64,000 nt of DNA from Eukaryota sp. TZLM1-RC (lineage: Eukaryota; Protista; Metamonada: BaSk clade). This document shows, piece by piece, positions 45,190 through 54,976 of this stretch. The notes under the pieces were generated by a model. The model saw only the letters and a program-made list of their open reading frames with translations, did no database searches and was not told where the DNA came from. A program made the position numbers and the translations under genes. Location: the NCBI GenBank assembly GCA_040285825.1, contig JAUPSS010000012.1, forward strand, positions 310,001 to 374,000, read 5' to 3'. Every line of letters begins with the position of its first letter. Position 1 is the stretch's first letter.

Positions 45190-46040
45190 TCTCAACATTC
45201 AAAGGTCCGTACTTCAGCAATATCTTGACCTCTCCAACCTTCCTAATAGGCTTTCAGTAGTAGCACAAACTACACATCTCCACACCTTTCAATGAGTACC
45301 TATCAAGATACTACAGAATATTGGTTTTTTCGTCGACGTTTGAAACTAGAATTGCTTAAACAACGCTATAGTCCTGAATCTGTAGCAAATGCTTACACCA
45401 AGTGTATCAACAAGACACCAGAGGGGCTATCACTCATCAACAAAATCTAAAATCTCCACTCCAATCGAAACCCATCCAGTCATTCTTTCCGCACATCGTC
45501 GTTGGGAACGCCATGTCGTCGCAGCCCTGGAAGATCTTCGCCGTGAAAGCAAACTCCCGCTTGTAGATTCTGTCACATCCTCGTCCGTTGACTTTATGTC
45601 CCTTCGTTACGTGTGGGAGCCGGAGGAACTGTTCTCCGTTCTTCAGTCTCTCTCTTCTCCTAACCGTAACAATGAACCTTCCCTATCACCATGGGGCCTT
45701 ATCAAGCTCTCCATGCACGTTCGTAGCTTAACTAATCTAGCTAATGAATTCACAGAGCTTTCGCCAAACAAGTATGTTCAGATAGGAGTTGACGATTTAA
45801 CATTTAATAATTCAAATAATAATTCTGTTAATTCACGTATTAAATTAGCTGCTGACGTCGCAGGGAAGCACTACCCTCCCCAGTGTCGTCATTTTTGCCG
45901 GCAAGGTGTTCCTAGCGTTAACTAGGTACAAATGTTAACTACATAACCATTGATCAGTTTTTTCTACTTTGGGACAGGATTATTGGTTTTGATGATTTAA
46001 TTTTATTACCTTTACTAGCTGCTGCCAAATTTTTCAATTG
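45190..46040 (+). pseudogene. TBC1D19: TBC1D19-like Rab-GAP pseudogene with internal deletion
   Basis: WGLIKLSMHVRSL..F.EL...QIGVDD...RQGVP (45389-45925) is joined almost directly to the C-terminal DQFFLLWDRIIGFDDL.LLPLLAAA (45952-46030). Confidence 0.65.
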
Positions 46041-46820
46041 TATTGTTTTTAAGGGAATGGTAAAACTAATTTCTGTTTCACTCCTAAACCAATTTTGAAA
46101 TTCTTCAGTACAATTTTCACCCAAATTCAAACATATATCATGCTGCTCTTGTATTAGGCTCTGTCTATATTAGCTTTGTTGCAGTACATTCTGGCAATTT
46201 CAAATAAACACTATTGAATCCATAGATGTCTCTATGCCATCAACACACAAGGAAAATGTCAACTACTTATCACCACTTTATTTTATTTATAAAAAAGATA
46301 CCTCTGGTGTCCGAATGATTGACACTTCCTTCAGTTGTATTAGTCCGCAATTTTCCGTGGTTCAGTTTAAGTCAATAATCCCAATTAAAATCTCTTTGCA
46401 TTTAAAATGAATAGATGCTGAGCTTCGATGATTCAACTGAGTTAGGACAAGTTGGAACTCCAAAATTTTGACTTAATCATAATGCAATAGCAGAAAAATT
46501 GAAAACATGATGATGAAATTTGTTTAGCCTTCAGTGAAAAGAACAGTTTCATGTGCAAATCTACTCATTTGAAATGATAATAAATCTTGAAAGTCACTAA
46601 AAATCATTTTAAGCGAGTCTTATTTCATACCGAAGTTCTATTTTTGAAGTTGAAGTCGAATGGGCTTGTAGAATTGCATCCCCAGTAAATAGTGGGATTG
46701 TAGTCAGATGGGTCAGTTATGAGAATTTATGAATTGAATAAACAATTTTGGGTAAAATAATTGTATAATTCATCCAAAAAGTTCTCCCCTCATTGTTAAA
46801 AAAACTGTCTCAACCCCCCT

Positions 46821-49553
46821 ATGTTGTCCTCCATCGTTGCTTCCACTGTGTCTTCTACATATGAGTCGAATGTTCTTGCTGAAGCTGAACTTCAACAGCT
46901 CGAACATTTAAAACAAGAATCAGAAGAACTTAAGGCCACTTTAGCAAATGCTAAGCAACTCAATCTCAACCGTAGCAACTGTGCGTCACTCAGACGTAGA
47001 CTTCGCAACATTGAAAAATCCATTGACGACATTGAAACTTCTCAACAACAACAACAACAACAACAACCAGACGAACCTCTTTTTGGAGAGTCCCTCTACA
47101 CATCTGATGTAGATTTGCCTTCTGACATGGAGATCGATGAGCCTGACCTCACCACTTCGGCAGAACTGGTTTCCCTTGGCCCTTTTGTAGCTGACAAGGT
47201 ACGCTGGCAGAAACTTTTTCCTTTTCAACGGGACGGTGTTCGGTGGTTGCTCTCAGGCTTTGATAGTGGTATTTGTGGTATACTTGCTGATGAAATGGGG
47301 TTGGGGAAAACCATTCAGACGTTGGCGTATCTAGACATATTAAGTCTTTCAAAGAAATTCTATTCTGCAATTATTTTGGTTCCAGCAACAGTACTAGCCC
47401 ATTGGAAACGGGAAGGAGAGCAATGGTGTCCTGGGATGGTCTTTGAAATCCTTCATGGAGGTTCAAATGGTGGTTCTGTAGTTGACAGCATTGATTCATT
47501 GTATAACAGATTTTTTGATCCTACAGTGAGGTTTGATTTCAATAATAGAAAAGGGGGAATGAGGAATGTAACAGTAATTACAACTTATGAAACATTTAGA
47601 ATTTATTCAATAGATTTAAGAAAACTAAACTTTCAAATAATAATATGTGACGAAGGGCATCGTCTTAAGGGAATTGATACTGACATAACACTTCAAGTTA
47701 AGAGTTTTGACTCACCACTGAGAATGGTACTTACAGGGACTCCTATAATGAACTCGTTGAAAGAGTTGTGGAGTTTGGTAGATTTGACGGTACCCGGGAG
47801 ATTGGGAACATTAGATGTATTTCAGAATGAGTTTGAGGTTCCCATTGTGCAAGGAGGATACTCCAATGCGTCGAAACTAATGGTACGTACAGCTGTGAAG
47901 TGCGCGAGTGCTTTAAAAGAGCTTATCAAACCCATCTTGCTGCGTCGGCTTAAAGACAAGGTTCTCCAACTTCCTAACAAAAAGGAACACGTGTTATTCT
48001 GCAAAATGACTCCTGTTCAAGTATTAGAGTACAACCGATATATTCAATCACCAGAAGTACAACGATGTCTCAGTAATCGCAGGATATCAATTCTTCCGGC
48101 AATACACATTCTACGAGAGTATTGTAACCATCCAAACCTGGGACGTTCGAGTTTAAAGCTTGATCCAGTTGTAGACAAGCATGCATGGGATGCTGAGAGT
48201 TATATGTTGTCTGGGAAGATGCAGGTTATAGCTGAATTACTTCAGGTATTTAAGAGTGAAAAGCGAAAAGTGCTTTTATTTACACAAACAAGAACCTTTG
48301 CTTCATTTTTAGCAGAGTTTCTCGAAGGAAATGGCTATACATTTGTTCAAATGGACGGAACGACGCCTGTTTCGAAGAGAGTTCCCTTAGTTGATGAGTT
48401 CAATACCAATGATTCTATTATGTGCATGCTTTTAACAACTCGTGTTGGTGGTCTTGGGCTAAACATCACCTCAGCCGATAGAGTTGTGATATGTGCACCT
48501 GACTGGAATCCCAAACAAGATCAACAAGCAAAGGAGAGATCATGGCGTGTGGGTCAAACAAAGGAGGTGGAGATTTATAGATTGGTCACACACAATACTA
48601 TAGAAGAAAAAATACTACACAGACAAATCTTCAAGACCTATTTAATTAGCAGAGTTCTGAGTAATCCTAGTCAACGCCAGTTTCTAGCCAAGAAAGATAT
48701 AAGCGATTTGTTCGCACCAGTAAGATTGACTGATGGAGAACAGGAAGTTGCAACGGCAAAGTATTTTCCTGAAGCCAAAGTAAAAGAAGAACAAGCTTCA
48801 TATCAGGAACAAGATAGTTTTGATTTAGACACACATGTAGATCGTTCAGATCCAGTTTCATCAAGCATAAGTAGGCCTAATGTCTCTTCTGACGTTACAT
48901 CATTTCTTGCTTTGTCTGGATCCATAGCCTCAGCAGTCGACAGTGATGTTGTTGAACATGCATACAACGATGACATTACTTACCTTGACGCAAAGGCAGA
49001 AGCATTGGCAAACGAAGCGATCAAAGAGCTGAGAGAAAGTGGTAGATTAAGAGCACGAGCTGGTTTCAATGTTCCAACATATACTGGTACAGATTCCTCT
49101 ATCGCCACCGCTGGCCGTTCTGATAGAAGAGCCGCCAATTTCCAAATGGCAGCAAAGAAGTTCAAAATGAATGTTGATAACCAATCCAAAGTTTCATCAT
49201 TCTTAATCAATCTGAATGACAATCGAAAACGAAACACCTCTCAACGTTCTGATGTTGTACTTACGTCCATTAAGAGTGGAATACCGTACTCTCCTTGTCC
49301 TAGTGCGAAGAAATCAAATGTTGGTGATGCCGAGGAAGGAATACCTTCATCTGATAGAACCTGGCTTGTTGATGATCTCATTGGGTTTCTATCCAGCCAA
49401 CCTGAGGGTGTTATATCTAAAGCTGTTGTGGACAGGTACAGTGATACCCAGTTTGCCAGTGGAAGTGGTGCATTGTATTTGAAGAAAGTGTTTTCCATTG
49501 TTTGCGAAAAACATAATGATCGATGGTTTCTTAAGAGAAGTGTTTTACACTAA
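46821..49553 (+). CDS. ERCC6: SNF2-family ATPase ERCC6/CSB/Rad26 (transcription-coupled repair)
   Basis: GILADEMGLGKT, DEGH, LTGTP, LTTRVGGLGLN, DWNP..DQQAKERSWRVGQ, IEEKILHRQIFK, PTYTG. Confidence 0.9.
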   Translation: MLSSIVASTVSSTYESNVLAEAELQQLEHLKQESEELKATLANAKQLNLNRSNCASLRRRLRNIEKSIDDIETSQQQQQQQQPDEPLFGESLYTSDVDLPSDMEIDEPDLTTSAELVSLGPFVADKVRWQKLFPFQRDGVRWLLSGFDSGICGILADEMGLGKTIQTLAYLDILSLSKKFYSAIILVPATVLAHWKREGEQWCPGMVFEILHGGSNGGSVVDSIDSLYNRFFDPTVRFDFNNRKGGMRNVTVITTYETFRIYSIDLRKLNFQIIICDEGHRLKGIDTDITLQVKSFDSPLRMVLTGTPIMNSLKELWSLVDLTVPGRLGTLDVFQNEFEVPIVQGGYSNASKLMVRTAVKCASALKELIKPILLRRLKDKVLQLPNKKEHVLFCKMTPVQVLEYNRYIQSPEVQRCLSNRRISILPAIHILREYCNHPNLGRSSLKLDPVVDKHAWDAESYMLSGKMQVIAELLQVFKSEKRKVLLFTQTRTFASFLAEFLEGNGYTFVQMDGTTPVSKRVPLVDEFNTNDSIMCMLLTTRVGGLGLNITSADRVVICAPDWNPKQDQQAKERSWRVGQTKEVEIYRLVTHNTIEEKILHRQIFKTYLISRVLSNPSQRQFLAKKDISDLFAPVRLTDGEQEVATAKYFPEAKVKEEQASYQEQDSFDLDTHVDRSDPVSSSISRPNVSSDVTSFLALSGSIASAVDSDVVEHAYNDDITYLDAKAEALANEAIKELRESGRLRARAGFNVPTYTGTDSSIATAGRSDRRAANFQMAAKKFKMNVDNQSKVSSFLINLNDNRKRNTSQRSDVVLTSIKSGIPYSPCPSAKKSNVGDAEEGIPSSDRTWLVDDLIGFLSSQPEGVISKAVVDRYSDTQFASGSGALYLKKVFSIVCEKHNDRWFLKRSVLH
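47043..47066 (+). repeat. (CAA)n microsatellite encoding polyQ in ERCC6
   Basis: caacaacaacaacaacaacaacaa. Confidence 0.9.
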
Positions 49554-49734
49554 CACTATGTGCAATATTTTCTTTGAAATTGTGATTTTCCTGTTATTGC
49601 TTTCATCAAAATCCAAAGTTTTTATATGTTGGAAAATACCCTATAAATAAGAAAATACCCAAAATGATTTTATTTTATTTGTGTTTTCAATTTTAGCATG
49701 CCTCAAGAACTATGGCTATTCTTAATTTATTGAA

Positions 49735-50502
49735 CTTGCACACAGAATAAAATAGACTCATTACCAATGGGACTAAATTCATTGATCCACGATTTCCTCT
49801 ACAAAATCTTGATCTGCTTGCTTCTCTAATTCGATTGAAAAACCCAGGCAATCTATTAATAATGGCAAATTCAATTCGAGAGCACCATAAAAAGATATCA
49901 AATCTTTTCATTGTTTTTTCTTGAACAATTTTTTGGAAATCATTCAAAAAAGTTCCCGCTTCTACTGATAGTCTTCCGTTAAAAGAAAATGGGAAAGCAA
50001 TAAAATCAAGTGGTCTATTTCTATCAGCATTAGCTTCTTTAATATCTTTGTTATATTTTCTATATTTTTCTTTGGCCTTATATTCAAGAGCACCTACAGG
50101 ATTAAGTTTTCTTCTTTGAACCACAGTGTCATTTGCGACATTACAGGACGAAGTCAACAACAGCATCATGTAATGAAGAACGATAGGTTATCAATTTAGA
50201 ACATTTCGGAGCATGACACAATGTGAGCTGTGGTGAATTCGAACAATTACATTCTTCTTTAACAACTGATTAATCGGAATATTCAAATATAATCTCTTTT
50301 TTGTTACAAACGCTTCTTTCTTTGCACACAGTCCAAATCTTCGTGGCACAATGGTCACAAACAGTGAAGAATCTGATGACTGATTTTCACAAACACCTTT
50401 TTCCAACAACAATGAGTGCAGATCTTGATTTTAAACAGCCGAGCTGCATATATTTTTTAAGGATCATTTTCAAACATTCCAGTCAATCGTTTCTGTAATG
50501 TT
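49735..50502 (-). mobile_element. Degenerate, internally deleted CRE-like family 1 fragment
   Basis: SCNVANDT..RRKLNPV, LLEKGVCEN..SDSSLFVTIVPRRFG match family 1. Confidence 0.85.
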
Positions 50503-50686
50503 ATAAAATATTTCAGCATTGGAGCCCATTTTCATCACAAAAATATCAATTGTTACTGTGACAGAATTAGTAGTAATTGTAATTACTGAACTGATAGCCT
50601 GGTGATGTAAATTCTTAAATGTTAAATTTGAAGGCTCGTGCATCAAATTTTATACAAAATCTCTCCTTCATACAAACCTTGTCCGA

Positions 50687-51243
50687 ATGGCCGATATTCC
50701 CGAAGTTCCAGAAGTTCCAGAAGTCTCCGAGGAAGTCTCTCCTCCTGAACAGCTTGTTCTTCTTTCCAAAGATGGCGAAGAATTTAAAGTATCCTTTGAT
50801 GTAGCAATGGAAGCAGAAACCATAAAGCGTCTTCACACCGCCAGTCCCGATCAATCTATCAAACTTGAAGAAGTCATCGGCAGTCATCTCAAAAAGACTA
50901 TCGAATATCTTGAATGGTATCACGACGTCAAGGAGAAGGAAAAGAACGACGTTTACGTCCCTCTGGCTTTGAAGGAACACTTCAAAGACGAATTTGTTGA
51001 AGTTGACGTCTATGAACTCGCAGAATTACTCAAAGCAGCACACTATCTTGGAATCGAATCGATGAAAGACATAACTGCCAAAAAGATTGCTGAACACATC
51101 GAAAAGATGTCCGTCGAAGTATGTCTTTTCCCTTCTAACCCTAGGAAATTCGTGAGTTGTTTGGAGAACCAGACGATTTATCACCAGAGGAAAAGGCTGA
51201 ATTTGAAGAAGAGTTTAAGAAGCTTATGGCTGAGAACAATTAG
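50687..51243 (+). CDS. SKP1: SKP1-like protein; intron 51119-51144 (26 nt)
   Basis: LLSKDGEEF.V, L.K.IEY..H, LLKAAHYLGI; spliced C-terminus MSVEEIRELFGEPDDLSPEE. Confidence 0.88.
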
Positions 51244-51614
51244 TGCATACTCTATATATCTATTCCGTTGTGTTCATAAACATTGTTTTCATTGTAGGTT
51301 TGAAATTTTGTTGTTGTTTGTACAACAGTTGCAATTTTGAACCTATTTTATCGTTGCACTGCAGCTGATATTGTTTGTTAGTGTTCTACAATTCTTTTTG
51401 TAATGATTAGATTGTAGTATGAGGGATACAGTAACTTTCTTATATAAGTTCAATAACATTGTACACAAAGGTTGAATTTGAAAATCAAATGTTACTCAGC
51501 AAACGTTGAGTTGGAAATGAAACTGCAACATAAATGAATTCAATTCGGTTAAATCTACTCATCCTCCACAACCTACTACATCTTACACATCTTCCCAGTT
51601 ACTTACTTCTACAC

Positions 51615-53493
51615 ATGTCCTCTGTCTCTTCACTTGATCATGGTACGATTTATTCGATCTCTGGGCCAGTGATTGTTGCCACAAATATGGCTGGTGGTAT
51701 GATGTTCGAAGTTGTGAAAATCGGACATTGTGAACTTATTGGTGAAATCATCCGACTCTCAGGCTCAACAGCTACAATTCAATGCTATGAAACTACCGAT
51801 GGTCTGACAGTCGGTGAACCCGTCTACAAAACAGGACAGCCACTCTCAGTGGAACTTGGTCCTGGCATTATTGGTTCCATATACGACGGTGTCCAACGCC
51901 CTCTTGAAACCATAGCTCAACGCTCATCCACCCCATTCATCCCTCGCGGTATTGCCGTTCCATCACTGAGCAGAACAAGATTGTGGGACTTTACACCATG
52001 TATGCAAGAAGGAGAGCTGGTTACTCATGGTGATGTGGTCGGTACTGTTCCAGAATCAGACTTGTTGGTGCACAAGATATTAATTCCACCCAATGTATAT
52101 GGTAGGCTTGTTTTTGTTAAAGGTGCAGGGAAATACAATGTAGAGGAGGTTATTGCGAAAGTGGAAAATCAGAATGGAAAAATAGTTGAATTGAATTTAT
52201 TCCATAAATGGCCAATTAGGCAACCCAGACCTGTAAATAAAAAACTTTCTCCATCTGCACCGTTGATCACAGGTCAACGTGTGTTAGATGCTTTGTTTCC
52301 CATGACATTAGGGTCTACATGCTGTTTACCCGGTGCTTTTGGCTGTGGGAAGACAGTCATATCACATGCACTTGCTAAACATTCAAATTCAGATGTCATT
52401 GTATATTGTGGGTGTGGAGAGAGAGGAAACGAAATTGCAGAGGTTTTGATGGAGTTTCCTGAATTGAAAACTACATCAAAGATAACAGGACAAGATGTTT
52501 CGATTATGGAAAGAACATGTCTCATAGCAAATACATCAAATATGGCTGTTAGTGCCAGAGATGCCTCTATATACACTGCGATAACAATTGCTGAATATTA
52601 CAGAGACATGGGTTACGATGTTTGCTGCATGGCTGACTCCAGTAGTCGTTGGGCAGAAGCTTTGAGAGAAATATCGGGAAGACTTGGTGAAATGCCTGCC
52701 GATTCTGGATATCCTGCGTATCTTGGCGGCTATCTTGCTCGATTTTATGAACGTGCGGGAAGGATTAGTTGCCTCGGAAGTCCTCAACGCGAGGGAACTG
52801 TGAGTATAGGTGTGTTGATTTGAAACAAGTGACACTAATCTCAGCAGCTGCAGTCTCTCCCCCAGGTGGTAATTTCAGTGAGCCTGTCACTGTCGCCACC
52901 CTTGCTATAGGTTTGTATACTCTGAATCACTCATTAAAGTATCTGTTTTTTGGGGTCTTGACAAGAAGTTTGCACAACGTAAACACTTTCCTGCTGTCAA
53001 TTACCTCCAGTCGTTCTCAAAGTACCATCAAACATTGGAGTCCTTCTATGATTCCGTTGATCCAGATTTTGTTCAACTAAAGTCCAGCTGTAACGAAATT
53101 TTAAACGCTGAACAGGGATTAATGGAAATAGTACAGCTTGTAGGTCATGATTCGCTGGCTGAAGAGCAAAAGATCACTCTAGAAGTTGCAAAAATGCTCA
53201 AAGAAGACTTTCTCCAACAAAATTCTTATTCTGATCATGATTACTATTGCCCATTAACCAAGACTGTCTGGATGTTGCGTAATATTATACTATTCCATGA
53301 TATGGCAAAGTCGTTGGTTAGTTCTGAGGAGAAGGTAACTTTAAACGTCATCAAGGCCCACATGTCAGAGACCATAGAGAAGATTGGCAGAATGAAGTAT
53401 ATTTCTCCTTCTTTGGAGGAGGAGGAGCTTCGGATGGAGTTTTCGCAACTCAAGGATGAAATTATTCATAACTTTGGTACAATTAATCTTTAG
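51615..53493 (+). CDS. ATP6V1A: V-type H+-ATPase catalytic subunit A; introns 52810-52844 (35 nt) and 52911-52939 (29 nt)
   Basis: [40 protein letters not shown]; splicing restores [15 protein letters not shown] and [21 protein letters not shown]. Confidence 0.96.
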
Positions 53494-53684
53494 TGTTTTT
53501 GTAAATGATTTTTATCAGTATGTTTGTTTCACTGAAAAGTGATTAATAAATATAACTACCATACTGTGAAGATACAAATAAACAACCTTGGCTGATTAGA
53601 CAGTAATCAATTATTATGCAGTCAGTATCCCACACAGCCGTGGTCGATGCATCAGAAAACCCACGGAGACCATGGCAAAATTTT

Positions 53685-53880
53685 CAGAGACAAAAAACGA
53701 TAATATGTTTTTAATTCAAATACTTTTTTCAGGAATATTGCCACTGAATGATTGGGGAAAACATCGATTCCATTTTCCATTGACAATTTTCAAAAAAAAT
53801 TCATTTTAATGCAAAATTGGTAGAACTTTCAGTTGGCATTAATTTATATTTCCAATCTGCAAATTTTTCTAAAAACTGAA
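53685..53880 (-). mobile_element. Degenerate internal fragment of CRE-like family 1
   Basis: ggaatattgccactgaatgattggggaaaacatcg matches 55961-55996. Confidence 0.7.
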
Positions 53881-54132
53881 ATGTGACATTTATACATCCA
53901 CCTACAAAGCAAATGAAGCAAGATTATAGGCTCTAGTTAAGCCTAAACCACCTTATTGTGGAGTGAATTAAACAGGATTAGGAAATTGGAACATTTGACT
54001 CTATATTATTTTGAGATGATTTATTTAAAACAACATTTGCAAAAATTAAGTTATTACTCATATTTAAAAAACGAATATTATGAAAATAAAAACCTAATAA
54101 TTAATTTATTATACAATACAAGAATAGTTGAT

Positions 54133-54906
54133 TTAATTAAGCATGAAAAGAATATCATTATTATAAATTCCATCTCCAAAATAAGCCCCAGTATAAAACG
54201 GTTCTTCAAAAGATGCAAAAAACACATAGCCTAGCCACAAAAGTGATCTCAAACCAACCAAACTCTCAGTTTCAAACTTCTCCACGGCCCAACACCCATG
54301 AGGAATATCATCTTTTATCGACTCTAAACAATCAAAGACAAGATCAAGCCCCTTCTCCGCAATGGTATTAGGGTCAGTGATGTCAGTGGAGATAGGGCGG
54401 AGATGCATGAAGTGGGAAAGATCAGTGCAATGTTGGGGAGGAAGACCCTCATACAACTTATTCTTTACCACGGTTCCTTCCACGGATTTCTTGTATGCAC
54501 GGCGAGGCACTACGGAGGTGTCATTGGCAATGAGGTCGACTATAGCAGCTAAGCGTTGTGCTTCTGAAAAGGAGAACCCATCTTCATCGTCTGTTTTGTA
54601 CTGAAACGATGGATCACCCATGAATGGTTGGCGGAATAACATCACCATTTCAGCTACTGCAGGGCAATAGTCAGGGAGTTCAGCCCATTCTAGTCCATCA
54701 ATGCTAAAGAAGAAGATAGAAGTAAGGGCGTCCTTGAAACCTCTGCATAGGAGATAATCATTCTTCAAACCATTGATGCGTCCCCAAAAGACAACATGTG
54801 GAAGGCGGTAATCAAGTTTTAGTGTGGGTATTGAAGATGTAACATTAAGCTGCTGTTGAGCAGACAGTGTCTGGCCATATCTGGAAAATAGTTCAAAGTT
54901 GAGCAT
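54133..54906 (-). CDS. RSPH9: Flagellar radial spoke head protein 9
   Basis: FWGRINGLKNDYL, FMGDPS, E..RLAAIV..I..DTSVVPR.AY, DDIP.GCW, LRSLLWLG, YFGDG..NND..FML. Confidence 0.9.
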   Translation of the reverse strand: MLNFELFSRYGQTLSAQQQLNVTSSIPTLKLDYRLPHVVFWGRINGLKNDYLLCRGFKDALTSIFFFSIDGLEWAELPDYCPAVAEMVMLFRQPFMGDPSFQYKTDDEDGFSFSEAQRLAAIVDLIANDTSVVPRRAYKKSVEGTVVKNKLYEGLPPQHCTDLSHFMHLRPISTDITDPNTIAEKGLDLVFDCLESIKDDIPHGCWAVEKFETESLVGLRSLLWLGYVFFASFEEPFYTGAYFGDGIYNNDILFMLN

Positions 54907-54976
54907 TGTGAGGTTGAACAATGGATGGGAGAATCTTCTTTTAATTTTTTCTAAATGTTATTTATTCTCAAAATTT

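Noticed and set aside
45942-45955. 10-nt match (AACCATTGAT) to the predicted Fanzor guide near the TBC1D19 deletion scar
   Set aside because: A 9-10 nt AT-rich match is plausible by chance in 64 kb on two strands, is too short for cleavage, and the scar is on the wrong side of the expected cut
51534-51614. N-terminal extensions of V-ATPase A and of the SH3 ORF in the ORF track
   Set aside because: V-ATPase homology starts near ATG 51615; the SH3 extension is an artefact of an unspliced intron
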